Assembly: GCA_951406725.2 (NCBI GenBank)
Contig: OX597818.1
Coordinates: 76,632,001 to 76,696,000 of the forward strand
Direction: 5' to 3'
Length of the DNA stretch: 64,000 nucleotides
Source of the DNA: Octopus vulgaris
Lineage: Eukaryota
Translations under genes and position numbers: made by a program
Shown here: in pieces, positions 11,804-25,688 of the stretch
Layout: each line of letters starts with the position of its first letter
Numbering within the stretch: the first letter of the stretch is position 1
The notes under the pieces: model-generated
What the model saw: only the letters and a program-made list of their open reading frames with translations
Told to the model about the DNA's origin: nothing
Database searches by the model: none

Positions 11804-12539
11804 TCAATATTGTGAAATAAGATCTCATAGGAAGAAAAACAAGAAAAGTGAAAATATATCACTAATAGAGTCAATGCAATAATTAAAATTCTTTTGCAAA
11901 ACTTGTAGCAGTAGTGGTGTAGTAGTAGTAGAAATGATAGTATAGAACTACGGGATAGTCTCAGTCAGATAGGTTGACATCAGAAGGGTTAAAGAAGTTT
12001 TATTATTACAAGAGATGGTATTTTCTGTCTGAAAAATGGCACCTTTAGCAAGAACTCCTTGCAATTTTCAGACTCAAGAAATGGAAGCTGAGAGAAAATG
12101 TTGTAGATTGCTTTGTGACATGTCATTAAAACAAATAGCAAATTAATGATTAATTTAAGACTCAATCTATTTAAGATCCTTGCCAAATTATTCCATGAGA
12201 CAACTTTGAGTCAGTGTTATTATTGATCACTTAATTATGCTTGATTATTGGTGATTTTTCTGCAAATGTACTTGCAACACTCACAAAAATAGATCTATTG
12301 ATTTCCACAGAGTAGTAGTAGTAGTAGTAGTCTCTTGAAAAACACACTATAGTCTTTGTGTAAATAATCAAATTAACGAAATATAGGTAGCTTTTCTCTA
12401 TACTATCATTTCTACTACTACTACACCACTACTGCTACAAGTTTTGCAAAAGAATTTTAATTATTGCATTGACTCTATTAGTGATATATTTTCACTTTTC
12501 TTGTTTTTCTTCCTATGAGATCTTATTTCACAATATTGA
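11804..12539. repeat. Perfect 143-bp inverted repeat (11804-11946 / 12397-12539) with 450-bp spacer
   Basis: Arms compared base by base as exact reverse complements. Confidence 0.92.
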
Positions 12540-13199
12540 TTGACAAAAAGAAAAACATTTCTTGCAAGTATTTGGTAATGTAGGGAAGAAGATCGTTATC
12601 TTTGTTAAACTATTAGTTTGTACTTAACTGCATCGTTATGCAATCAGAGAATCTATTTTGTCAGCTTGAGCCTACAGTTGGATTTACAGCACAGAAAAGA
12701 AATAATAAAACATTATAAAAGTATTCTTCTCACATAAAACTGAATTGTTAATAAACATTCAGTTGTTGTTCTACTTCTGCTTCTCCAACTTGACCGTTTT
12801 ATATATTTACCAGGTCAAAAAAAAAAAAAAAATTAAGTACCAGTTAAGTTCTGGGATCAAGAGTATTGATTAATCTCCTCCCTTCAAATATGCTGGTCTT
12901 GTGTGTAAATCAAAAAGCATTATTATTTTGAGTTTTACTTCTTTTAATTTTGTTTCCATTTTTTGCTGTCTTCCCAACTCTTAGGGCAAAGAAACTCATT
13001 GTATACATTGATAGGTCATTAAGCTAAACACACACAAAATGAAATGAAGTTATGTGAAAATGATAAAATTTAAAATACATAGGTAGTAGTGTTTCTCACA
13101 TTGACAATGCTCTTCTCAATATGTGTGAAATACCAGTTAAAACCGGTAATTGATATACTACTTTTGCACTTATTGTTGTTTGATTTGACTCAGGCTTGT

Positions 13200-13780
13200 T
13201 TTTACTCCTAGTAGACTTTATGTGAATAGTGGGTTACTACCTGTAACCTTAGATATTCACAAGCTTTCAGTAATCTTTCAGGTGTTCAAAACTCTTTTCA
13301 TAATATTTCCAGTCCCTAAGAGACAAATTTTCTGTAGAAGTTGTACAGAACATTCTATTCCAATCTCCTTCAACTATTTGTATATATCATTACTCACAGC
13401 TTCTAATGTACCAGTTATTACAGGCACAAACTTTACATTTTTATACTCCAAATTCTTGCAATTTCAGTTTTAAGGGATTGTATTTTTTTTAATTTTTCAT
13501 CTTTCTTTACAATCCTGGAATCAAATGAACATAGTGAGTCGATAGCAAGCAACTTTGCTTTTCCCTATCTATTATTTTTATATATGGTTTATAATTTTCT
13601 AGTTTCTTATCCATATGAATATGAAAATTCCATAAAATCTTGCATCTCTCCAATTCAAGCAGTTTCAATCTGATAATCATACCAAGTACTTCCAGCTTCA
13701 AATCAACATTTTGTATATTCTCCCTGAGACAACTTTGGATATTCTTCAACAATGTGTGCCATTGTTTCATTCCAAATTTC
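13200..13780 (-). mobile_element. Old RLE-type (R4/Dong-like) non-LTR retrotransposon 3' fragment
   Basis: CKILWNFHIHMDKKLENYKPYIKIIDREKQSCLL...TEIARIWSIKNVKFVPVITGTLEAVS resembles the KILWDF..RPD..PVVIGALG motifs. Confidence 0.65.
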
Positions 13781-14703
13781 ACACATTCTATATTTTGCTG
13801 ATACCTGTTATTATTGTTATTATTTCCATTTTACTTCTTAGAGCCTTTGACTGTACTTGCTCTGGTTAATTCTGTAAGAGCAGACAGCAACCTGTTGTCA
13901 AAGGTCTCACAGGGTCTCTTTCCACATTACTTGAGGCCTGTAGATATGCCACTGCTTCAAGTAATAGTTTTGATATTGGAACTTCATGTAATCCTTTACA
14001 GGTCACTATATCAGCACCAAAAGGATTGACATCAAGTATCATGTCTCTAAGGACATCAATAGTATATTCAAGATAGATTGGCTGCAGACAGGATTAAAAT
14101 TTGATCATGGATTTGACTTCTCATGAACTTCTCCCTACTTTGTAGTATATTTCTATTTTATAAATGGTACTCCAAATAGTGCATCATCTACTGTCACAAT
14201 TCTCACACGACTTCTTTGTATTGATTTGTAGGAGCTGGGACTTAACTACTTTTAGCTATTTTATCAAGTCTGGTTTTACTGTAGTTATTAAGTATTGTTT
14301 TAATAGGCTACATTTGTAATCAACTTTGAACTGTTGATGTGATAGTTAACACAGATCTCTTGGAATAATTATTATGTTTTTCAAGAATGACCACAAATCA
14401 GTAGTAAATTGGAAATAATTAGCGATAATAACAACTATTGTCTTTTCTTTCTCATTTTCATTGTCTGGAGAAAACCTATTTACTAATAAGATTGTCTTCT
14501 TATAGATAAAATGTAGAATAAATGGTATTACCTGATCGTCAAAGATTGTGTATGTATGTGTAAGCCTTTAATCACATCAAAATGCAATGAAAATTTCAGA
14601 TTAATGACAATATAAAATTTAATTCTTATGTGTGTATGCTTGAGTTTGCATGTATGTATGTGTGTATAAGCAATAATAGGATGCTGTGTGCACTAGAAAT
14701 GTG

Positions 14704-14927
14704 GAAATCGAAGTGAGACATGCAAACTATTGACAGAAAAAAGCAATAAACATGGAACACTTCTCATCACCCATGGAAGCCAGAGTCAGTGTAGTTTCAA
14801 TGTGTTTAAAGTTGGACTTTAATTAAATTGAAGTTTCACCTTTTCTGAACTCCATGGGTGGTAATGAGAGGTATCCCATGTTTATTGCCTTTTCTATGAG
14901 TTGTTTGCATGTCTCACTTGGATTTTC
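14704..14927. mobile_element. Palindromic MITE-like element (~75-bp imperfect arms)
   Basis: aagtgagacatgcaaac...gcaataaacatgg...cacccatgga versus tccatgggtg...ccatgtttattgc...gtttgcatgtctcactt. Confidence 0.7.
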
Positions 14928-15832
14928 ATCATATGTTTGTGTGTGTATGAAGAATAAAAACATGCACTCACTCACATTAAAAAGAAATGTATTTCCTCAC
15001 ACATAATTTTATTCGTCTTCTGGAACAAGATTTTTATCTCATTTACTCATTTATTTGAATTCCTTCATTAAACTAGTTTGTTTACTTGTGAAATATCTTT
15101 ATAATAAATTATTGGAAAGAAAGAAAAATGAAATAAAGAAAATTAAGAAAGAAAGAACCTAATTTTTTTAAATATATTTTCAAATTGGTATCATTCAGTT
15201 AGTCTTTTTACTTAATTGTCTCACTATGTGAGGAGAATTGGTCAAAATTTAATAAATGCATTTTAATGAAACTTTTTTCTTTTTTCTGTTTTTTTTTTTA
15301 AACAGCATTTTTTGCTGATAAGCAATTCTCCAATCAGTTGATATTGTATGAATTTTAGCTGTTACAGCAAGAACATAGCATGATAAGGCAGGGTGGTTTA
15401 TAAATTTGCTTCACAAATGTATGCTTGGGTACAATCCAACTGAGTACACCTTGGGCAAGTATTGTCATAGCCTGGAGTAGACCAATACCTTGTGAATGGA
15501 ATTTGGTAGACAAAAACTGCTTATATATATATATATATATGTTTGTGTATGCCTGTGTATATTGGTCTAAGTCCCTTGATTACTGTAGATAAGGAAGGGC
15601 AAGTAATGAGATGATGGTGCCTGTAGATGCAGAAATACATACCTCAAAAGAGGCCAAAAATGTAAAAATGTTTTTGCCTCATACTTTTGTCAGTTTTACT
15701 GTGAGTACAAGTATTGCTAAACATTTCACTAACTTATTATATAAATGTTGTCCTCAACAATCATAAATTGTGTAAAATATCAGTATACTAAGAATAATGC
15801 TAAAATTTAATTTCAGTTGTTCTCACTTTCAG

Positions 15833-15871
15833 TATGGAAATAATCAATCGTAAAAAATTGTTAACAACTAG
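15833..15871 (+). other. Candidate 39-nt cassette exon (xMEIINRKKLLTTx)
   Basis: ttctcactttcag | 39 nt | gtagtt; frame-preserving length with one open frame; no homology support. Confidence 0.2.
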
Positions 15872-16781
15872 GTAGTTTATTGTATGAAAGTATTTATAGC
15901 TAATGTTTCAGTTTATAAAGGTTAATGGGGAGTTGCTTTAAGTTAAGATATAATCAACATATATATACCTTCAGAAACTATGAAAGATTTTTTGACAATT
16001 TATTGAGATCATGTATATTATTTTTAAAAAACTAACCATATACTATTGAATCATTTGGAAGATATGAAATCATGCCATATTTTATAAAAAAAGAGTAACA
16101 CTAGTTGTGATCTTTATATTTCAGCGACAAAAAAAATCAGCCTGTTGTTTGAAAGAAACTCTTTAGAACTTTTGTCATCCTAGATCAAAATTCGTGTTAA
16201 AATATTTTAAAATCACTAGCAAAGGAATGCATGACAGCCTAGGCTCTTACTGTTATACATTCCAAACAGATAAAAAATGTCTTAACATGTACCTAATGAC
16301 CAAAGGATTTTTTTTATGTTTCATATATAAAATATAAGATTGGTTGATTCAATTCTTTTATTACACCCAAATCAGAAAAAGCATGGAGCTGAGTGCCATA
16401 GTTTGTGAAGTTTCAGTTGAAAATAATTTTGTGTGTGTAGATGTATGAAATATTTTTGATTTTTATTACTACTTTTAACCCAGCTAAGCTATTGTTCTCA
16501 TTTTGACTTTGTACTAACCATCATCTAACAAACATTCTCAACTCCCACTTTGTTTTTTCTTATTGTCCATTCTTCATTTCTGCCCTAAGCCTTCTCTTTA
16601 ACCAACTTTTCTACTGACTTTTCTGCTTAATCTGCACTTTGACCTTTAATTACTTTATTGACCTGTAACCAGTTTACTTGATTTATTGTCTTGAACAAAA
16701 TGAAAACACTATTTTTATTGAAATTCATAGATAATAAAATCCATCTAACTTCCCACTTTTCTTTTGATTAGACTTTCTTTC

Positions 16782-16827
<46 letters not shown>

Positions 16828-16999
16828 TAGGCAAATTCTTTTTCACTGGTTGAACAAGCCAATAGGCAAAACTTGAGGCCCAAGACAACTTGATCTTCAC
16901 AGTGACATTTGACTCTAGAATTACAGCAATAGTAAATGCTCAACTGTTATTCTGAAAAGTACTTTAAATGATAGCATTATTTTAACATTATGCACCTAC

Positions 17000-17084
<85 letters not shown>

Positions 17085-18422
17085 CTACTGAACGTAAAAC
17101 CAGATGGAAGACAAACACAGACAGTGCCTAATTCTTCATCAGTTATCAACCAATTGCTAATACACAGTTTCACACCTTTAATGATAAGACTGAGACCTTC
17201 ACTATTGGCAGCTCCTGCAAAAAAAAAAATCTGTTTGTGGAGAGTTCAGGGCTGAGAGTAAACAAAACAAAACAAAGCAAAGCAAAGTGACACGGAGTGT
17301 GATTTAGGACAGTGGACAAGGACAAACAGTTGAGCAAAATATAGCATTAGAACCATATATATATATATGTATGTTTGTATTTATGTTTGTGTGTGTGTAT
17401 ATGTGTATTCCTGTATAGTTATGTATAGATATGTGTATGTGTGTGTATATATATGTATATATATATGTAGAGAGAGAGGTGTGTGTATGTATGCATGTGT
17501 ATATGTTATAGATGTTTATATATGTTTGTTTGTGTGTGTGTATTTACATAATTTTCCTTTTATAATGTACTTTTCCATGCCTGCATGGGTCAGGCGAAAT
17601 TTGTTGAGACAGATTTCTGTCAACCAGAGGTTCTTCCTGTTGCCAATCTACACTAGTTTCTAAGCAAGGTAATATTTTTCACTTAGTCCTTTGAACAAGA
17701 ACAACACAATGTTCAAATATGTTTTTGTGGAATATTGTAAATAACTACACCACTTATATGAAAGTGACATTTGTTTACAATATTAGCCTGTCATGTCAAG
17801 GTAACATGAACATACGTGTGTACGTGTGTGTGTGTGTGTGTGTGTGTGTAACCAATGCCAGCATGGAAAATGGACATTAAATGACGATGATATATGATAA
17901 GCTTCTTTTAGTTTCTGTCTACTAAATTCACTCACATGTCTTAGGTTGACCTTAGGCTAGGTGCTGTGCCATGGATCTGAATCCAAGATCATGTGATCAT
18001 GAAGCAAATTTCTTAACCACACAGCTATGCCTGTGCCTACAATATGTTCAAACACTTAAATTTGTAACAAATTTCCTACCAATTACATAGACTTATACAA
18101 AATATATGTATGGAAGATGCTGTAGTCACCATTTGTCTTCAGTTAAGCATACCTATAATCAAAGGTATCCCAGTTGTGACTACCCTGTCTTTTTGTGTAC
18201 CAACAGTTAACAGTACCCAACGTGTCCTCTTTTTAACCTTTAGCACACCTAGGCACATCATGACAGCATACAAGTTTTCTCCCTTGTAGCTGCAGTTGCA
18301 CTGTGTCGCATTGAGAGGGGAGAGAACTTGTATGGTGACGTGATGCATCTACAGCATGCTAAAACTTAAGATATAATTTGACTTGATGAAGATTTGACTG
18401 CTAGTCAAACAACTATGCAGAG

Positions 18423-18663
18423 TAGTGGTTCTCAACCATTTTTCGCTTATGGACCCTTTTGATCCTTATTTTATTCTAACCATTCAATGTATTTTTAAAA
18501 AATCCCATTGTAATTCTATTATTAAATATTATTAGGAATTGTATAAAAAAAATTTAATAGTTTGTGTATTGTAGAAGTATAAGCAATTTATTGCACATAA
18601 ATTTTAACAACAAATCTTATATGGACCCCTGGGTGCCATATGGACCTCAGTTGAGAACAGCTT
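18423..18663. mobile_element. hAT-type MITE (~240 bp)
   Basis: TIR-like tagtggttctcaacc / agttgagaacagctt; degenerate 8-bp TSD atgcagag / atgtaaag. Confidence 0.7.
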
Positions 18664-18732
18664 ATGTAAAGGCTCCTTCATTGGCTTGTATGGAGTATGA
18701 CTGTGATATTGTTCTGGCATCCACCAGTGTAT

Positions 18733-19050
18733 GTGGGAGACCCCCTTCGGTCATGACTGACCATAGGATTGCACCTAGAAAGTTACCCTCCTAGGTACAA
18801 GTCCGGGCAAGGTTGTTTATGGAAGACCAGCAGTCGCCCATGCATACCAGCCTTCCCTCTCCACACTACTGATGTTATCCAAGGGAAAGGCAAAGGCTGA
18901 TACAGCTCATTTCTTCAGCTGAGTTAACTGGAGCAACATGAAATAAAGTGTCTTGCTCAAGAACAAAACACGCAGCCCGGTCCGGGAATCGAACTCACAA
19001 CCTCACGATCGTAAGCTCAACGCTCTAACCACTGAGCCATGCACCTTCAC
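18733..19050 (-). mobile_element. tRNA-derived SINE, family C, relatively young with TSD
   Basis: Minus-strand head tggctcagtggttagagcg (A box)...gagttcgattccc (B box); flanking duplicate cagtgtat at 18725-18732 and 19051-19058; CpGs retained. Older copies at ~2070-2195, 7070-7320, 58645-58965 and 62985-63145. Confidence 0.85.
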
Positions 19051-19675
19051 CAGTGTATAGTAAATATATTATTATAACCAGTATAATAGGTAATATAATA
19101 AACATGTTTATTCTTTATTGATAAACTCTTAAATATACAATGACTATCAATGTTGTAGAACAGTGCTTCTGAAACCTTTTTAACTATTGCCTCTTTCTTT
19201 TTTAACATCACCTTTTCACCACTCCTTTGCTACAATTCAATACACTCTTTTTTTACTTAAATGTACATGTATGCAGTATTAGTCCAGTGTAATTTAGTTG
19301 TGGATACGAGTTTGATGCTGGTGACAGCTTACCACACCACCACCCAACAGTCAGCAAATATTTGATGCATCACTGCTTGACCTTAATTATTGATCTAACC
19401 CGTTAGCACATGGTTCCAGCCAGAGTCAGCTGTGTATTCTTTGGGCTTCAGATATGCCTCCATAGCTACCACTTGAAATTTATCTTTATATATTGATTTA
19501 TAGTTGTATTTTCTGTGTTCACAAGTACACACACACATGCACGCACACACAAACATGCAAATATTGATTTCTTTGACCACATGCAAGTTAACATATCTGT
19601 TTATACACGTGGCTAGATTATAAGATTAACAGATGACACTTGTAACTAAAATCAACAACATTAAAGCATATGCAT

Positions 19676-19740
<65 letters not shown>

Positions 19741-20030
19741 CATACAAGTCAGGTTGTTACTTAACATTGCCAAGTGCAGTTGGCCATCTTTATCACATTT
19801 ATGGAAATACCCACAAATTTTAACAATGTCCTTTGCATTATACTTTGTTTGTGATTTATATGCATTGGTTGCATATATTTGGTTTTGTTTATTTACTTAT
19901 TGACATTTTAACGTCTACTATTATCTATGTTGTTGCTGTTATATATAACACAGGTTTTCATAAGTTCACATTTAAAAACTTTAAGTTAAATAGGAGACAA
20001 AAACTGGAAAAAGAAAGAAAAATATACTGA

Positions 20031-20442
20031 TGCAGGCATGGCTATGAAGTAAGAAGTTTGCTTCCAAACTACATGGTTCTTTCTGGGTCCAGTCCCATTA
20101 TGTGGTACCTGTTATAGCCCCAGGCTGACCAAAGTGGATTTGGTAGAATAAACTGAAAGTAGCCTGTTGTGTGTGTGTGTATATATATATATATATACAC
20201 ACACACACATACATATGTACACCTTTGTGTATGCGCTTGTCCCCCACCACTGCTCAATAACCAGTGTTGGTGTGTTTACATCCCCATAATTTAGCATTTC
20301 GGCAAAAGAGACTGATAGAATAAGTACCAGGCTTTACAAAAAGATAATAAGCACTGGGTTTGATTCATTTGACTAAAATTCTTCAAGGTGGTGCCCCAGC
20401 ATGGTCACAGTCTAATGACTGAAACAAGAAAAAGATAAAAAG
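20031..20442 (+). mobile_element. SINE family A
   Basis: Head gcaggcatggct..., internal (TG/TA/CA)n, tail gtgccccagcatggtcacagtctaatgactgaaacaag. Confidence 0.8.
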
Positions 20443-21527
20443 ATGCAAGGTATTGTCCTAAATACAGACTTTATTCCTTGTAATTCAATAGAATTTTCCT
20501 CTGTCCTTCCGAGGTTGGTACTATCCACTTTGAGATTTACCTTTCTACATTTAACATTGTCTATCATTCAGTTTTCATATTTCTGGGAAATTCCAAGATT
20601 TACTGAAACTTGTAAGCTTTATTGTTGATTTTGTTTTGTTCTTTATTCAGTTTAAAAGTTGATATAATAATACCCCAGACGCTAATTTTCATTCATGGTT
20701 TACTCAACTAAAATTGTTAGAAACTTTTGGAAAAAATAAATTGTTAAACTTTTTTTTTTCTCAGTATGTATGTAATTTAAGAGACCAAGAAAATATGACT
20801 GTTTATTAAAAGCATTTGAAGAACCAACTCAGAGGACAACATTTTTTTATGTTTTTACTTTTTTAGAATCCTGACAGTAAAATAGAAGTAATTTAAAAAA
20901 GAAAAACAAATTTTTAAAATTGCCAATCAGAAATACAGTTATAGCTTCTGTCTGCTGTAAAATGTATTGAAAATTCTTTGTGGCTCTGAAAAAAATGAAG
21001 AAAAGATATTAATGACCAATCCCATGTGGTGCCTACCAATGATAAAAATAGAAAAACAAATAGAAATGAAAAAAGAAATGAAATTTTCTAGCATATCTTC
21101 CATGAATGTAGAAGGAATTGAAAAAGTATCTGGTAAAGAAGAATTATTTAATTTATTTAATTTAAACGTTTTGTGTTATTTTGTTTATTACTTTGAATAA
21201 AAAGTAAGTTAATATTGAATTCGCAAGCACAGCTCTCCTCATTGAAGTTTTTGAATAGGATGTGTAAATTGATGCCTCTTTGAAAGGTTAAATTGTTTGA
21301 TATGTAATATATAACATTATTTTCATGATTTCATTTCTTCAACTGAGTTAGATTCTCATTAGAGCTATTGTAATGACATTTATTCAAGTTGAAACGAAGT
21401 GAATTCTTTACACACAGCTCTCAATTTAACATGTCTAAATATCTATGTGTCTATCTATTTAACCATCTGTCTATATGCCTGTCTATCTAATTATCTATAT
21501 ATCTATGTGCCTATCCAATTATCTGTC

Positions 21528-21578
<51 letters not shown>

Positions 21579-21879
21579 CCTCCCTCTCTCTCTCTATCAT
21601 AGATAGATAGAAAGGTAGTTAGATAGATAGACTGATTGATAGATAGATAGATCGAGACAATCAATCTTCTGGATTCTTAATTGAAAATTATCATTTATCT
21701 AGCTAGCTTGATAGATATAAAGATAAATGATAACAGAAGGTTGTTTCTTAGAAACCAATTCTCTGGATAATTTTCCTCCTTTTACTTTATTATCTGTCCA
21801 ACTTTGATACTATCATTACTCCAAAATTGTAGCTAAATCTCTCTCAAACCATACCTGGAGTCTCAAAACAAAAATCTGA

Positions 21880-22660
21880 CGATGTTTGACATGCGGAAAA
21901 GAAGTAGGTTTAAATATATGTTGCATCCAGTGTAAGCTAAGGATACATAAGGGGTGTAATGGAATCACAGGCAGACTAACAGAGAACATAAACTTAGCAT
22001 ATGACAGATGCAGTGAAGCAGTTCATACTAGGAGCATACAGGAAGTAGCTTCTCTTAAATGTTCAGATGGCTCATTAGAAGTAGTTGATAGCTTTTGTTA
22101 CCTAGATATAATTAGCAAGGGAGGTGATTGCTCTGAAATTATAGTAGCTAGAGTAAGATGTGTTGGAGAAAGTTCAGAGAACTACTACTCCTGTTGGAAT
22201 CAGAGGTCTTTTCTCATGGGCAGATTGTATGACACTTGTGTTAGAACTGCAATGCTATATTGTAATGAGACATGTGTCTTGGCTCCAGAGAATTTGAGAA
22301 GACTAGAAAGAAATGAAGCAAGCCTGCTCTGATGGATGTGCACTGTAAGTGTGCATGAAAGACATAGCACAAATATGCTGAGAGAAAAGAACCAGGGATA
22401 TGAAGAATAAGATGTAATGTACAAGAAAGAACACTGTGCTGGATGTGCGATGTATATAGATGAGGACAGTTGTGCAAAGAGGTGTTGGTCACTTAATGTT
22501 AATGAAGCTTGTAGAAGGGAGAGACCCCAGGAAGACTTGGGATGAAGTGGTGAAGGCTGATCTGAGGACCTTGAATTTCACATTGATGACAAAGGACTGA
22601 GATGACTGTCAATAAGCAATTCTCTAGAAAACCCATCCGTCTTGGCAAAACTGAGTTCTG
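21880..22660 (+). mobile_element. RTE-clade LINE fragment with PHD-like Cys cluster and RT C-terminus
   Basis: CGKEVGLNICCIQCKLRIHKGCNGITGRL...SLEVVDSFCYL...RLYDTCVRTAMLYCNET...RRLERNEASLL; same family as 500-1085. Confidence 0.85.
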
Positions 22661-25657
22661 GTAGTGCTGTGTTTGTGTTTATATGTACAACTAGAGCTTG
22701 GCTCAATTTCTTTCTTCCTCGAGACACTCTCATTCCTTCCCATTGCCTCCTTGATGCCACTTACTTTTCTCACTACTCAGAACCATTCTTCATCCAACAA
22801 TATTGTTTTCTCCATTGACACCCTTATTGATTCCCACAACCACCATCTCTGAGCCATCAAATTATCTCTCCTTCCCTTCCTCCTTACAGCTCCCCCTCCT
22901 CATGCATTGTGCCTGCTCCTCTCTTACCCATCCACTTCAACTTATCCAACATCATGTCTTTTCTCAGCCTTCTCCTGTCAACTGCATCATTATTACTATT
23001 CTGCTGCTCTGCAGTTCAGTTGTCTCCTACTCCTCCTTCCTTACTAACTCTAGCATAGTTGATAGTAGCCTGTCTCCTTTGCCCTCACCCCCCATACTGT
23101 CTTGCAACTTCCACCCACTCATTTCTACCTACCTCCACATACCTAATAGGGTCTACCCAGATACTTCATCATCTCTGTTTGTTATCAGTTTCCAGCTACC
23201 CCCCAATCACTTCCACCCTCTCTTCTATAATGTAGCTCCTCCACAGCAAGAAACCAGTTCTACTCTAGCCCCTTCTCTCATACTTTTAGCTCTCATCTTC
23301 TAACATAAGGCTGCCCACCTCAGTGTTTGTAGTCTCGCAAGTAGTATAGTAACTACACTAGTGTTAGTGGCACAGAAAAAGCACGCAGTGCATGCTGTAA
23401 AGTGGTTGGTATTAGAAAGGGCATTCAGCCATAAAAACCATGGAGAGCCTTGAGAGTATCTGTGTCTGCTTGTGACTACATCCGCACCTAAAACAATTAA
23501 CAGGTTAGAGAAAGCATGATACAAGGGACCTGGTCACACTCAATTGCAAATGACAGTTAAGCAACTCTGATATTAAGTAGAGCTATAGTAAGAGCTATTG
23601 CTGTCTTTTTATACATCTAGGAACTACATAAACCAATGTTCTTTCCTTTTTTTTTTTAATATTGTAGAGTGTGGTATGAGAGAACTTGACTGCTATTTCC
23701 TCTGGAAGCATCCTCATAGCTACTGGTAACATGCAATAAATGAGTAGTGTGGAATGTCTGTTAGTGACTAGTATCTATTAACTTACTGACCTACTCAGAG
23801 GTCAAGTGTGTTATCAGTAAGGCTTTGCTGATAGCTTAACATGTAAGAACACCCCACTCCCACCCAACCGACCACTTTTCTATAAGCCAGTGATTAAGGT
23901 TTAAACAGCAGATTGATACTGTTGTTGTTGGTGGTGGTGGTGGAGGAGGAGGGGAAAAGGAGGAGGTATGGTGAAAGGAAGACATGTAATATTGTTATAA
24001 TCTCAGACATTTTTTGTCTGGAAGAAGGCAATGGGTTTTCTGTTATTCACACCTCATAAACATGTGTCATATATGAGAGTTGCTATTCGATCACTTGACC
24101 TACTTGAAATAGTAACCAAAAATTGTACACATTCAACCATGTAATCTTAGGTGCACTTGTGGCTAAACTAACACCTCTGATCAGGGCTGATCGCTTGGCT
24201 AAACAGTAACAGCAACAACAATACACATTATATAAACAAAGGGTGAATGTGAGACTAGTTTACATTAGGGGAAGATGAGAGTGATCTGCTTATTTTCCTA
24301 TTTGGCAAACCTTGTTTCCTCAAAACAACTAGACAAAACTTTGCCATTCCTTTTCTTAGTCGTATTAGGATTGTCAGTGTAATAAGCTTAGTATGGCTGA
24401 TTGGTGAAGAAGTTTGCTTTGCACCCACAAAAACAAAGGTTCAAGCCTTCTGCATGACATCTCTGACAAGTACCATTTTCTAGCCTTGTGTCTGGCCATA
24501 CCTTGTGAATGAAATTGAAGTAGATGGAAACTGTACAGAAGCCCATCAGATGGATTGCACCTATAATTTGCAAAAGTAGTTTTGTCACACACACAAACTG
24601 TGTCATACTGATTCAACTTGAGGATTATGTTAAGAGTACATGTGTTTGTAGAATATTCAGTGACTGGCACCTTAATTCTGGTGCAGATAATGCAGATGAT
24701 CTGAATTCTCATCAACAAGTGTCAGAGATCCACTACAACCACCATATTGCCCCAATTAATTTTTCTCTCTTTCCTCTCCTCTCCCACTATACTCAACAGT
24801 TTTTAATTATACTTCTTTGTTTTAATTTCTCTACATTTTCTATCTTTATTAAATAATATTTCCATTTCAATTATTTTTCCTCCTTCTGTATCTTTGTGTT
24901 GGTTCTGCTCATTGTTTTTCAAAAATATTCTCAAATGAAATAATGCCAATTATAGAATGTTCACTGAATGTCTTTAGTAACTCCCTAAGGCCCCATATTT
25001 ATTAACAGAGAGTCAGGAATGGTTTTGTGTCTGTTCTGTAAGGCAGCACTCTGGGAGCTTTCAACAAAAAGAAATTTCTTTGTCACTGCTGATACATTCA
25101 AGCTGTTTGCACACACACACACACACATCAAAAAAGAAAAAATTACTGGCAAACACTGTGTGAGTCTTTTCTCTTGTTTACTTCCTTTGTTGTACAGTTA
25201 TTGACAGTGTGTATAAGGCATTGTTGCTTAGTTCCATGTAATTTTCAGTAAACTGTTTGTCAGTATTTGGAAAAGAAGTGAGAAAATGTGAGGTTTAAGC
25301 ATTTACGAGGATACTGGGAATTGGAAGAGGACATGAAAATATATAAATTTTTGGAAGTTATTTTTGTCAGATAACATGAATGCCAGAGTAATAATGTATT
25401 TGCAACCTTTCATAACGTAATGCTAATAAACATTACAAGACTTCAAAAACTTTCCATACCACAGTACCATGCTACTAATTCCTCCAGTCTTTGACACAAT
25501 GGTTTGATTTATTTTCTACTGTGAAGGAGACTATAGTATGTCTCTTATACTGGGAATTCTGTTTTGTATGGTTTATCAGCTAGCTACCTAGTTTTTATGT
25601 AATGTCTTCTCTTTATTCAAAGTATTTACACCCACATGCATACACACACATGCATAC

Positions 25658-25688
<31 letters not shown>

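Noticed and set aside
17150-17215. Fourth hammerhead-like motif on the minus strand (gccaata gtgaagg...gaaactgtg tattagc)
   Set aside because: Stem II does not pair and the core and cleavage site are too degenerate to support from one copy.
18970-19045. tRNA gene
   Set aside because: A and B boxes are present but continue into a SINE body with a TSD; it is a tRNA-derived head.
22803-23303. 166-aa Ser/Pro/Leu ORF
   Set aside because: Pyrimidine-rich low-complexity sequence trailing an RTE fragment; no domain motif or splice support.
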